64,000 nt of DNA from an uncultured bacterium. GTDB taxonomy: Bacteria; Patescibacteriota; Dojkabacteria; J137. How positions within the stretch are numbered: position 1 is the first letter of the stretch; every line of letters begins with the position of its first letter. This document shows, in pieces, positions 55,138 to 64,000 of this stretch. Location of the stretch: contig OY969472.1 of the NCBI GenBank assembly GCA_963700155.1, positions 680,690 to 744,689 of the forward strand, read 5' to 3'. The translations under genes and the position numbers were made by a program. The notes beneath the pieces were generated by a model. The model ran no database searches. It was not told the origin of the DNA and worked only from the letters and a program-made list of their open reading frames with translations.

Positions 55138-57042
55138 ATGTCTTCTGATAACCAAAGTTCTAGGTTCTCTTCAAATGTGGTCACTAAGGATAATGATAAC
55201 AAAGAGTACCTAAATAAACTAAAAGATTATATAAAAAACAAAGGTGGCAATACTTCAAGTATAGCTACTGATGCAAATAAGCAATCGCCTTCTATTAAAG
55301 GAAGCTCTAATTTAATTGATGCATTATTAACAAAAGGGCTCTTATCTCCTGATCAGTTTAATACAATTAAATTTGAAGCAATTAACACGAATAAAAGTAT
55401 TGAAGATCTATTAAAAGAGAAAAATATTATTTCTCCAAGGGATATTGTAAAAACTTATGCTGAAATGCAGGGGATAAAATATGTGGATCTAACTAATATT
55501 GATGTAGACTTAGATACTTTAAATCTTTTACCAGCTAATGTAGCAAGTTCGAGCCAAGCTGTTGTCTTTGAAGCTACTCCCGAACTTGCTAAGGTTGCAA
55601 TGAAAGATCCATTAGACTTACAAAAGGTAAAATATCTTCAATCAGTTATTGGTCGAAAAGTTGAAGCATATTATGCTTACCAGGAAGATATTCAAAATGT
55701 TATAGATAATAAATATGGTGCTCAACTTGGAACTGAAGTAAGCCAAGCTCTCGAAGAAGTTGGAGATAATGTTTTAGATTTAAGCTCAAGTTATCAAGAA
55801 AGTGAGATAGGGGCTAATATTGAGAGTGCACCTATAATCAAAATTGTAAATATGATTCTTGACTATGGGATTAAAAATAATGCCTCAGATATTCATATCG
55901 AGCCAAGAGAGAAAAGAATAATAGTTAGGTTTAGAATTAGAGGAATTTTATATGAGAAATTAACAATTCCACCTAAACTGCTCCCCTCTATAATTTCCAG
56001 AATTAAAATCTTATCGGGACTTAAGATTGATGAACATAGAATTCCTCAAGATGGAAGATTTCAGGTAAAAAGCGGAAAAAGAATTGTTGATTTAAGAGTT
56101 TCAATAATGCCTAGTATTTATGGGGAAAAGATTGTTATGAGACTTCTGGAAAAAACTAAAGGTATTATGTCTTTAGAAGAGATTGGCTTGAGAGGTACAG
56201 GATTAGCAAGACTTAAAATAGCTTTAAAAAAGACACAAGGAATCATTCTTGTTACTGGTCCAACTGGAAGTGGTAAAACTCAAACATTAGCTAGTTGTCA
56301 GACTCTACTTAATACTCCAGAGGTAAATATTTTAACTTTGGAAGATCCAGTTGAAATAAGAATTGATGGTGTTACTCAAGTACAAGTTAATCCTGATGTA
56401 GGACTTACTTTTGCCACAGGTCTCAGGTCTTTTTTAAGGCAAGACCCAGACATTATTATGGTTGGTGAAATTAGAGATTCTGAGACAGCAGGCTTAGCAG
56501 TTCAGGCTGCTTTAGTTGGAAGACTTGTTTTATCTACTATACATACAAACAGTGCTTCAGGAGCTTTTATAAGGTTAATGGACATGGGGGTTGAACCTTA
56601 TCTACTTACATCAACTATTGATGTTCTAATTGGTCAAAGACTTGTAAGAGTCTTATGTGAATGTAAGCAGCCTTATAAAGCATCACCAGAAGTTGCTAAA
56701 GAAATTCATGAAGAGCTTGATAAGCTTGATGGATTTAAACTTTATAACGAAGATCATAAATTGAAACTTGATTTTAACAAAGAGACAAAAGATATTACTC
56801 TTTATAAAGCTGTAGGTTGTCCGAAATGTAACGGATCCGGCTACTCTACTCGAACCGGTATTTTTGAAGTTCTTAAGATGTCTGAAGCTATCTCTAGATT
56901 AGTTCTAAAAAAAGCTACAATAGATGAAATAACAAAACAAGCTATTGATGAAGGAATGCTAACAATGGTTCAGGATGGTTTTATTAAAGCTTTAGAAGGG
57001 ATCACTACTCTTGAGGAAGTTTTGAGAGTCCGAAATGAGTAA
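55138..57042 (+). CDS. pilB: Type IV pilus assembly ATPase PilB/GspE
   Basis: ASDIHIEP, RIPQDGRF, GPTGSGKT, LRQDPDIIMVGEIRD, QRLVRVLC..C...GCPKC. Confidence 0.95.
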   Translation: MSSDNQSSRFSSNVVTKDNDNKEYLNKLKDYIKNKGGNTSSIATDANKQSPSIKGSSNLIDALLTKGLLSPDQFNTIKFEAINTNKSIEDLLKEKNIISPRDIVKTYAEMQGIKYVDLTNIDVDLDTLNLLPANVASSSQAVVFEATPELAKVAMKDPLDLQKVKYLQSVIGRKVEAYYAYQEDIQNVIDNKYGAQLGTEVSQALEEVGDNVLDLSSSYQESEIGANIESAPIIKIVNMILDYGIKNNASDIHIEPREKRIIVRFRIRGILYEKLTIPPKLLPSIISRIKILSGLKIDEHRIPQDGRFQVKSGKRIVDLRVSIMPSIYGEKIVMRLLEKTKGIMSLEEIGLRGTGLARLKIALKKTQGIILVTGPTGSGKTQTLASCQTLLNTPEVNILTLEDPVEIRIDGVTQVQVNPDVGLTFATGLRSFLRQDPDIIMVGEIRDSETAGLAVQAALVGRLVLSTIHTNSASGAFIRLMDMGVEPYLLTSTIDVLIGQRLVRVLCECKQPYKASPEVAKEIHEELDKLDGFKLYNEDHKLKLDFNKETKDITLYKAVGCPKCNGSGYSTRTGIFEVLKMSEAISRLVLKKATIDEITKQAIDEGMLTMVQDGFIKALEGITTLEEVLRVRNE

Positions 57043-57112
57043 ATATAATTCATATTGTAATGTTCAAAAAATACATTTAAGATGATTTGTAAGATTAATT
57101 TAAGATTATTCT

Positions 57113-58546
57113 ATGGCCTTTTTTTCTAAACAAAATACTCAACAAGGACAACCTGTTGGTGATACAAATGCACAAAGTGGTGTTATATCTTCGAGCACTC
57201 CTAATGCGGAAAATGTCCAAAACAAAGATAATCTAAATATTGAGAACAATAATTCTACCTTACAATTTAATACAAAGGCTAATGATACTTATAGCCAAAA
57301 TTATAACGGGAAACTTAATTTGAACCAGCCTGTTAATTTGAATATTAATAACGAGGGGTTAAAAAGTGTAACTCCAAATATCCAAGAGTCTCAACTAGAT
57401 CAACAATCACCGAATAACACACTTCAGAATTTACCTCCATTAGATATAAACCCAGCTATCCAAAATGCTGATAATGACTTAAGTTTTGCAAATTATTCTT
57501 TAGATCAAATTCTTAAAGAGGCGATAAATGCTAAAGCATCAGATGTACATTTTACAGTCGGATATAGAGCAATGATTAGAGTTGATGGTGAACTCAGGAC
57601 GTTCAAGTCTTCTCTTTTAACCCCAGAAATAACTACAGAATTTGTGAAGCATGTTATAAGTTATAGAAAAGATTTAAAAATTGATGATATTCATGAAGCT
57701 GATCTAACCTATGCTCTTGATAATAGAAGATTTAGAGTAAATGTATTTAAAGAGATGGGGTCTTTTTCACTTGCTTTTAGGATTATTCCAGAAAAAATTG
57801 CAAGCCTTGATGATTTAAATCTTCCACCAATCTTAAAAGAGTTTACCAAATTCCCTAATGGATTGGTGTTAGTAACTGGACCAACAGGAAGTGGTAAATC
57901 AACAACTATAGCTTCAATAATTAATAATATTAACTTAACTCAAGCAAAGCATATAATTTCAGTTGAGGATCCTGTTGAATATGTATTCCCAAAAGCAGTT
58001 TCTTTAATTGACCAGAGAGAATTTGGTGTAGATTTTACTTCATGGACTACAGCTTTAAGATCTGTCTTAAGACAAGATCCTGATATTGTTATTGTTGGAG
58101 AGATGAGAGATTTAGATTCAATCGAAGCTGCGTTGCAAATAGCAGATACCGGACATTTGGTATTTGCTACTTTACATACCAATGGTGCAGCTCAAACAAT
58201 CGATAGAATTATTGATATTTTTCCAGCAGCAAAACAAGATCAAATTAGAATTCAAGTTTCTTCCGTTCTACGAGCTGTAATTTCGCAGAAACTGGTTTCT
58301 TTACCAACCAAAGGAAGAACACCAGTTAGTGAAATATTAATAGCAAATGCTGCTGTAGGAAATGCGATTAGGGATAAGAAGGTATTCTTAATCGATAATA
58401 TTATTCAGACAAGTAGTGAAGAAGGTATGATTTCATTAGAAAAATCTTTGGTCAGTCTTGTTCAAAAAGGTCAGATTTCAATCGACACAGCAAAGAGTTT
58501 AAGTTTAAGACCAAAAGAGATAGATATTCTTTTACATAATACATAA
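57113..58546 (+). CDS. pilT: Type IV pilus retraction ATPase PilT with long N/Q-rich N-terminal extension
   Basis: ASDVHF, GPTGSGKSTT, QREFGVD, LRQDPD, TGHLVFATLHT, AIRD. Confidence 0.93.
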   Translation: MAFFSKQNTQQGQPVGDTNAQSGVISSSTPNAENVQNKDNLNIENNNSTLQFNTKANDTYSQNYNGKLNLNQPVNLNINNEGLKSVTPNIQESQLDQQSPNNTLQNLPPLDINPAIQNADNDLSFANYSLDQILKEAINAKASDVHFTVGYRAMIRVDGELRTFKSSLLTPEITTEFVKHVISYRKDLKIDDIHEADLTYALDNRRFRVNVFKEMGSFSLAFRIIPEKIASLDDLNLPPILKEFTKFPNGLVLVTGPTGSGKSTTIASIINNINLTQAKHIISVEDPVEYVFPKAVSLIDQREFGVDFTSWTTALRSVLRQDPDIVIVGEMRDLDSIEAALQIADTGHLVFATLHTNGAAQTIDRIIDIFPAAKQDQIRIQVSSVLRAVISQKLVSLPTKGRTPVSEILIANAAVGNAIRDKKVFLIDNIIQTSSEEGMISLEKSLVSLVQKGQISIDTAKSLSLRPKEIDILLHNT

Positions 58547-58561
58547 TAACTTTTTCCTTAT

Positions 58562-59791
58562 ATGAGTATTTATAAATATGTTGCAATAACAAAGGAAGGC
58601 AAAAGAATAACCGGTGAAACTGAGGCTGATAATAAAGAGACGGTTTTAAATTTCTTACAACAAAAAGATCTTACAATTGTATCAGTTAGCGAGAAGGTTG
58701 GTGTAAAACTTAACGAAATGCTTTCTAATGATATAGGTGGACTTCCACTAAAAGAAAGATTAATCCTTGTAAAGCAATTAGCAACTATGATCTCTGCAGG
58801 AATTCCAGTAATTCAAGCCATAGATATTCTTGTACAACAAGCGGAACGTCCCTCACTTAAAGCAAAACTTCAAGATGTTTATAAAAGTATAGAATCAGGT
58901 TCTTCTCTTTCAGAGGCATTTAGAAGACAACCTGGAATATTTACTGATATTCATTTGAGTTTGCTTGCTGCTGGTGAAAAAAGTGCAAACCTGAACGAAA
59001 TGCTTTTAAAAATTGCAGATGATCTAGAAAAAAGTAACAATTTAAGAGGAAAAATTGTAGGAGCCCTAATCTACCCTTCAATAATATTCGTAGCATTAAT
59101 TGTAGTATTTATTTTAATGATTACTACAATGATTCCTCAAGTCAAGGATTTATATAAGACATTAGGACAAGATCAATTACCTGCTGTTACTCAAGTTTTA
59201 GTTGATGTGGGAAATTTATTTGTAAATCCAGTCTTTTTGGTAGTATTAGTTGTTTTGATTATTGCAGCAGTTGCATCATATAAATATGCAAATTCTACAG
59301 AAGGTGGAAAAAGATTTATTGATAGACTAAAACTTAGAATGCCAATTTTTGGACCTATTCTTAAAGAATATGAAATAGTTCAGTTCACAAGGTTAATGTC
59401 TATGTTAATGAAAAGCGGAATCCAGATTATTGAAGTGATAAATATAGTTACAAATTCTGCAGGTAATCAAGTTTATAAAGATATTCTAAAGAAAAGTGCA
59501 GATGAAGTTACTAAAGGAAGCGGTTTGGCTATGGCGATTGCTAAATATAATGAACAAGAAGCTTTCCCTTTAATTTTAGTCAGGATTATGTCAACTGGAG
59601 AGGAATCTGGCAAATTAGATCAAATTATGCAAGATATGTCAACTTTCTACCAATCAGAGCTAGATCAGGTAACCTCTAACTTGACAAAGGTTTTAGAGCC
59701 ACTTATTATGGTTATAGCTGGTGGAATGGTGGCTTTCTTAGCTATTGCGGTTTACCTACCGATTTTCCAAGTCGGCCAGTATGTACAATAA
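58562..59791 (+). CDS. pilC: Type IV pilus platform protein PilC/GspF
   Basis: QLATMISAGIP, GEKSANL, ALIYP, GEESGKL, LEP, YLPIF. Confidence 0.95.
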   Translation: MSIYKYVAITKEGKRITGETEADNKETVLNFLQQKDLTIVSVSEKVGVKLNEMLSNDIGGLPLKERLILVKQLATMISAGIPVIQAIDILVQQAERPSLKAKLQDVYKSIESGSSLSEAFRRQPGIFTDIHLSLLAAGEKSANLNEMLLKIADDLEKSNNLRGKIVGALIYPSIIFVALIVVFILMITTMIPQVKDLYKTLGQDQLPAVTQVLVDVGNLFVNPVFLVVLVVLIIAAVASYKYANSTEGGKRFIDRLKLRMPIFGPILKEYEIVQFTRLMSMLMKSGIQIIEVINIVTNSAGNQVYKDILKKSADEVTKGSGLAMAIAKYNEQEAFPLILVRIMSTGEESGKLDQIMQDMSTFYQSELDQVTSNLTKVLEPLIMVIAGGMVAFLAIAVYLPIFQVGQYVQ

Positions 59792-59818
59792 GTATTTTTA
59801 TTTATTATTTAATTAACT

Positions 59819-60271
59819 ATGGTAGAAAAATCAAAGTTCAAAGGTTTTACACTTCTTGAACTTATTGTCGCAATGGCTATCATTGCTGTACTTATAGGTT
59901 TGAGTTTATTAGGAATTCAAACTGTTCAAAGATCATCAAGAGATACAGAACGAAGAACAACTCTTGAAGCAATTAATCTTGAATTAACAGATTATTATGG
60001 AAATAAAAATGCATACCCTGCAGCAGCTGCAAATATGCCAATTAATAGGACATCTTCACCAAAAACAATTACAGTAGGAACTGGTGGAAAGACTGTAAAT
60101 TTAAATGGTGCAGCTACACCATTAGCTGCAACAGCTACAGATTCTGATTCATCAGGATCAGTTTACTGTTACTCGGGTGGTTCAAGTTACTCACTTGGTG
60201 TAAAATTAGAATCAGGTCAATGGTTCAACTTAGGCAATGCTACTACAGATTGTAGTACTGCTAACTTGTAA
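59819..60271 (+). CDS. Type IV pilin, probably the major pilin
   Basis: KG|FTLLELIVAMAII, SRDTER, C-terminal Cys pair; followed by a strong hairpin. Confidence 0.88.
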   Translation: MVEKSKFKGFTLLELIVAMAIIAVLIGLSLLGIQTVQRSSRDTERRTTLEAINLELTDYYGNKNAYPAAAANMPINRTSSPKTITVGTGGKTVNLNGAATPLAATATDSDSSGSVYCYSGGSSYSLGVKLESGQWFNLGNATTDCSTANL

Positions 60272-60282
60272 TAGAATTTACA

Positions 60283-60317
60283 AAAGGGGGGTGGGGTTTT
60301 TAACCCCACCCCCCTTT
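60283..60317 (+). terminator. Strong hairpin/terminator after the pilin gene
   Basis: aaaggggggtggggtt...aaccccaccccccttt. Confidence 0.85.
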
Positions 60318-60342
60318 ACTTTATAATATTAATATTCTTCAT

Positions 60343-61170
60343 GTGGCTATATATTTAGGCTCATTTCTAGTGTTTGGGTATCTTGGTGCAATCCTTTCTA
60401 AATATTTCTTTTTTATTATTAATAAACAAGATTTCTACTTTTATTTCCATAAGAATTTTGAAAGATCAATTAAACAATATTTACTTATTCCTTTAGATGG
60501 TTATTTTATATTAAGAAGTTTAGACAAGAAAGATAAAAAATATTCAAAACTGTTAAAAATTGGATTAACATCAGAAATTCTAGGTCTTGTAGTAAGTGGA
60601 ATTTTTGGATTAGAACTACTTAGTTCATACTCTACACTTTCGGCTTTTTCTTTTCTAATTTATAACGCAGTAATACTATTCTTTCTTTCAGCACTTCTTT
60701 ATCTAGCAGTTTATGATATAGTAACATTTTCGATCCCATTTGCCTTAATAAGAAATTTAACTATATTAGCTATATTTATAAATATTGCAGTTAATATAGT
60801 TAAATTTCTCTCAGAGAGTTTTGGACACCCACTTTTAACTAATGTCAGGCTCGGGAATATCGACAATTTGATTTCAGGAGTTTTGTTTGGTCTATTAATT
60901 TGGATAATCGTTAAGGTTAGTAAAGAAAAAGCCATGGGCGAAGGTGACATATACTTTGTATTAGTTCTTGGATTTATACTCGGATGGCCAAATACATTGA
61001 TTTCATTCTTAGCTACGTTAATTGTTGGCAGTATAATTTCAATTTTATATTCTTTATACATTCAAAAATTTAAAGAAGTTTTAGTCCCATTTGTTCCATT
61101 CTTAGTTTTGGGTTTTATTATTGCTTTAACTTTCGGACAAGATATTTATTCGAAATTATTTTTTATCTGA
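60343..61170 (+). CDS. pilD: Prepilin peptidase (A24), N-terminal domain lacking Cys
   Basis: AVYDI and MGEGDI catalytic Asp motifs; VPFVPFL; located inside the pilus operon. Confidence 0.87.
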   Translation: MAIYLGSFLVFGYLGAILSKYFFFIINKQDFYFYFHKNFERSIKQYLLIPLDGYFILRSLDKKDKKYSKLLKIGLTSEILGLVVSGIFGLELLSSYSTLSAFSFLIYNAVILFFLSALLYLAVYDIVTFSIPFALIRNLTILAIFINIAVNIVKFLSESFGHPLLTNVRLGNIDNLISGVLFGLLIWIIVKVSKEKAMGEGDIYFVLVLGFILGWPNTLISFLATLIVGSIISILYSLYIQKFKEVLVPFVPFLVLGFIIALTFGQDIYSKLFFI

Positions 61171-61227
61171 TTGATTAACTTTCCCTATTCTTCTATACTT
61201 TCTATGTAAATAAAATTCAAATTTTCT

Positions 61228-61779
61228 ATGCTTAAAGGACTTACACTTCTGGAATTAGTTGTTGCTATGGCGATTATAGCTAGTCTTATGGGGATTGGTC
61301 TTGTAGCATTAATAAATTATAGGTCATCTGTACAACTTCAAAGTGCATATACTGATTTAGTCACTGCAATAAAAACTTTACAAAATAACGCAAATAATTC
61401 TACTTCTATTGTAACTACTGATGGTATTGGTGATCGAGTTTCTCCTGACATTTATGTTTTAAGGTTTTCTAATAATGAAGTTACTCCTTACTATTGCCTG
61501 ATACCTTCAGGAAGTGCAACTGTAAATTGTAGTTATAGTTATCCTTCTTCAGGAATAACTTCTTTCTTGGATGTGGATAATGTTTCTGTAGGCTCAAATT
61601 GTAAAGGTGCTGGTTTTTTTAGATTAACATTAGATTTAGTTTCAGTAGACAATAATACTTTTTCTGGTTCAGGAAATTATAGTACAACCGGTACATGTAC
61701 TATAACTTTAACACATAGGGCGACTAATGATACAAGAACTATTACTTTAGATTTAAAGCAAAATAAAGCAGATTTATAA
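61228..61779 (+). CDS. Minor pilin (FimT/GspH-like)
   Basis: KG|LTLLELVVAMAII class III signal. Confidence 0.82.
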   Translation: MLKGLTLLELVVAMAIIASLMGIGLVALINYRSSVQLQSAYTDLVTAIKTLQNNANNSTSIVTTDGIGDRVSPDIYVLRFSNNEVTPYYCLIPSGSATVNCSYSYPSSGITSFLDVDNVSVGSNCKGAGFFRLTLDLVSVDNNTFSGSGNYSTTGTCTITLTHRATNDTRTITLDLKQNKADL

Positions 61780-62336
61780 TGAAGTTTAAATCGAAACTTA
61801 AAAACAATTCAAAGGCATTTAGTTTGCTTGAAGTTCTTGTTATGCTTGTCATAATTTCATTTACTATAATTTCCGCAGTTTCTTTAGTTAGCAAAATCAG
61901 CATAAGTACAAAAAATAATGAAAACGAAGATGTTATTAATGGAGTTTTACTCGAAGCAATTGAACTTTTAAAATCCCCCTCCCCTGTTCTGCTTAGTTCA
62001 GATGGTTATAATCAAGTAACGACAGATACAAATGAACACAACTTTGCACTAAAAGATACAGTTAGTGTTAAGTACTTACAATTTAATACAAATCCTAATA
62101 CTACTCTACCTACACAATGCAGTGCATCTGATTTTTATTATGTTCCAATTGTAATTAATAATAAACAGCAGCCATATAATTTATGTATGCAGATTAAAAT
62201 TAAAAGGACGTTAGTTCCAGGAACAACAGCAAATTATTATTATTTTATACAAGCATCAATTCTTTATAATATTAATGGTACTAATAAGACAGATACTTTA
62301 ACTACTTATAGATATGGTTCATTTGAAGCGCACTAA
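61779..62336 (+). CDS. Minor pilin (PilV-like)
   Basis: KA|FSLLEVLVMLVII. Confidence 0.8.
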   Translation: MKFKSKLKNNSKAFSLLEVLVMLVIISFTIISAVSLVSKISISTKNNENEDVINGVLLEAIELLKSPSPVLLSSDGYNQVTTDTNEHNFALKDTVSVKYLQFNTNPNTTLPTQCSASDFYYVPIVINNKQQPYNLCMQIKIKRTLVPGTTANYYYFIQASILYNINGTNKTDTLTTYRYGSFEAH

Positions 62337-62871
62337 AACTAAAAAAGCATATTCTTTGTTAGAGCTAGTTATTAGTTTGGCAATTATAGCTATCGCAAGT
62401 ATAGTTATGATTAATTTTTTAATTACCAGTGTTAAAGTAAGTATAAGTAGTTTAGCTAGAAGCACAGTAAGAGAGGAAGTTTCAAATGATGTAACTTTAA
62501 TGTCTAGAGATATTAGAAATGCTGATAAAATTGTTAGTTTAAGTTGTCCTCAAGATGGAAGTAATGTTTGTGAGATCGAACTTGTAGTTAGCGGTAATCA
62601 ATATAAGTGGAGCTTGTGTCAAGATGGATCGGTGTTTAGAGTTTGCAAAGATTTGTGGGATCAGACTACATCGACTTATATAAACCAATATACAAGTACA
62701 AAGAATGTAAATATTGATTTTATGGATATCTCATATGGTTATTCATCATCGACTAATAGTTCTGAACTTAATATTGTTTTAACCATATCAGCATCGCATG
62801 CTATTACAGGATTGGATATTAACAATGTAATCAGACAAGCTTCAGCTTCAACCAGGAACTATGAATTTTAA
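62314..62871 (+). CDS. Minor pilin (PilW-like)
   Basis: KA|YSLLELVISLAII; MSRDIRNA. Confidence 0.82.
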   Translation: MVHLKRTKTKKAYSLLELVISLAIIAIASIVMINFLITSVKVSISSLARSTVREEVSNDVTLMSRDIRNADKIVSLSCPQDGSNVCEIELVVSGNQYKWSLCQDGSVFRVCKDLWDQTTSTYINQYTSTKNVNIDFMDISYGYSSSTNSSELNIVLTISASHAITGLDINNVIRQASASTRNYEF

Positions 62872-62915
62872 ATGTTATTGCAAGTATGGCAAGTCTTTAT
62901 TACAATTAAACAGAT

Positions 62916-63770
62916 ATGAAAAAAGGACAAATTTTGGTAATAACTCTTTTAGTTTTAACAATTCTAAGTATTGTTACTGTTTCTTTGGTTATATTAAATA
63001 CTAGAGATGTTGGGCAAATTGTGAATAGTGAAATTTATGATAAAGTTTATAATTCTTCTGAAACAAAGTTAAAGGAAATAGTTGGTGTGGTTGGTGACCC
63101 TACTGTCTCTCTTTCACAACTGACTAGTAAATATAATACTTGTACGAACTTGGGGGGAACTATTCTGACATATGAATGTTCATATTCTCTTCAATCTGAT
63201 TCAGATCCAGATATAAATTATAGCGATACTATTAAAGTTAGTAATGAAAAAGATATTGTTGATTATCAATTAGAAAAAGATCGTCCTTTAACACTTAATA
63301 TGGCAGGCTACACTAATAATTTGACTATTACATTAAGCAAAGCCTCTGCAGTAGAATTTACAGCAGTTTATGATGAAGGTGGTGGGGTTTATGGTTCTTT
63401 TTCTGATGTGTATGATCCTGTAGGAACTTATAGTAGCACGAATTCAAGCACAAGGTCATATTATACAAACCCTGTTCCTTCAAATACAAATTATTTTGTT
63501 TTCAATACTCCATCTGGATATAATTATAAACTTTTAAGCATAACTCCAAGATTGAAGGACCCTGGAGACAGTTTGTTAATTACGATAAAGCCATTTGATT
63601 ATTCAACTTACCCTGTCCAAATTAGGAAGTTTGAATCGAATGCTTATGAAAATGGGAATATCAATTCACCCACGGTAAAAATCATTACACAGATTCCAAT
63701 AAACCCTCAAACAAATGGACTGTTGAACTATTCTCTTCTTACCCCAGATAAAGTTAAGGTAAGTAATTAA
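62916..63770 (+). CDS. PilX-like minor pilin (no Glu+5)
   Basis: KKG|QILVITLLVLTIL...; last pilin-like gene before pilM. Confidence 0.75.
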   Translation: MKKGQILVITLLVLTILSIVTVSLVILNTRDVGQIVNSEIYDKVYNSSETKLKEIVGVVGDPTVSLSQLTSKYNTCTNLGGTILTYECSYSLQSDSDPDINYSDTIKVSNEKDIVDYQLEKDRPLTLNMAGYTNNLTITLSKASAVEFTAVYDEGGGVYGSFSDVYDPVGTYSSTNSSTRSYYTNPVPSNTNYFVFNTPSGYNYKLLSITPRLKDPGDSLLITIKPFDYSTYPVQIRKFESNAYENGNINSPTVKIITQIPINPQTNGLLNYSLLTPDKVKVSN

Positions 63771-63845
63771 CCAATCTAAAATTTCATTTTAATTTCATTT
63801 AAATACTGATAAGATGTATTTGTTAATTATTTAGTAAAATATAGT

Positions 63846-64000
63846 ATGGCAGATATACCGGAGTTTTTTTCATTAAATTTAGGACACGATACAATAAAGG
63901 CTGCCCAAATAAAAAAAACAGGATCTTCTGTAAAATTAATTGAATTATCTTCAATGGCAACTTTGAATGGTATTCTGGATAATGATTCGGACACAGGTAT
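63846..64000 (+). CDS. pilM: PilM-like actin-fold pilus assembly protein, 3'-truncated
   Basis: MADIPEFFSLNLGHDTIKAAQI resembles the GLDIGxxxIK start of PilM; frame open to the window end; operon position. Confidence 0.65.
   Translation, partial: MADIPEFFSLNLGHDTIKAAQIKKTGSSVKLIELSSMATLNGILDNDSDTG

Noticed and set aside
1283-61061. Numerous 60-116 aa ORFs antisense to or nested in long genes (e.g. 9980-10291, 16796-17119, 29692-30009, 49981-50259, 60711-61061)
   Set aside because: They overlap well-supported genes on the opposite strand and have the Ser/Phe/Ile-rich composition typical of reverse-frame shadows.
6629-61170. UGA recoding (genetic code 25 or 4)
   Set aside because: Conserved genes are full length in code 11, and TGA ends genes at sensible positions (e.g. 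rseP 32846, pilD 61170).
1-64000. CRISPR array, rRNA, IS/transposase, integrase or prophage
   Set aside because: No regularly spaced repeats, rRNA-like segments or mobile-element ORFs were recognised.

Overview
AT-rich bacterial chromosomal window read in genetic code 11. It is almost entirely core genome and, by inference, from a Patescibacteria/CPR organism, possibly Ca. Dojkabacteria. Supporting signs are the absence of biosynthetic genes, pyrH/uppS/cdsA/dxr missing from the rpsB-tsf-frr-rseP block, split comEC, a C1-G72 tRNA-Tyr, a giant modular surface protein and a complete type IV pilus locus. Contents, in order: the 3' part of a modular fibre/adhesin and a membrane-anchored partner; rpsA, clpC, rho, an M23 peptidase and ndk; a 7TM plus ATP-grasp/aspartic-protease pair; the rpmG-trnW-secE-nusG-rplKAJL block; comEA/split comEC/dprA; topA; rpsB-tsf-frr-rseP-rpsU; dnaX-ybaB-recR; rpsF-ssb-rpsR; ctpA, prfA, rpmE and dnaB; LCP-yebC-ruvCAB; gyrBA, holB; and pilB-pilT-pilC-pilins-pilD-pilM. 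Six tRNAs are present. No CRISPR, rRNA, IS or prophage was seen. The most notable signals are: a candidate dif site in a 0.9-kb gene-free gap; an A9 slippage site in dnaX where gamma would end; a long structured RNA upstream of rho; a shuffled-module fibre protein with an exact 73-bp internal repeat; a ligase-protease fusion with a 7TM partner; a recurrent GTCCG motif 25-29 nt upstream of several start codons; and a Cys-less PilD with atypical prepilin cleavage sites. All protein family calls come from motif recognition by eye, not database searches.
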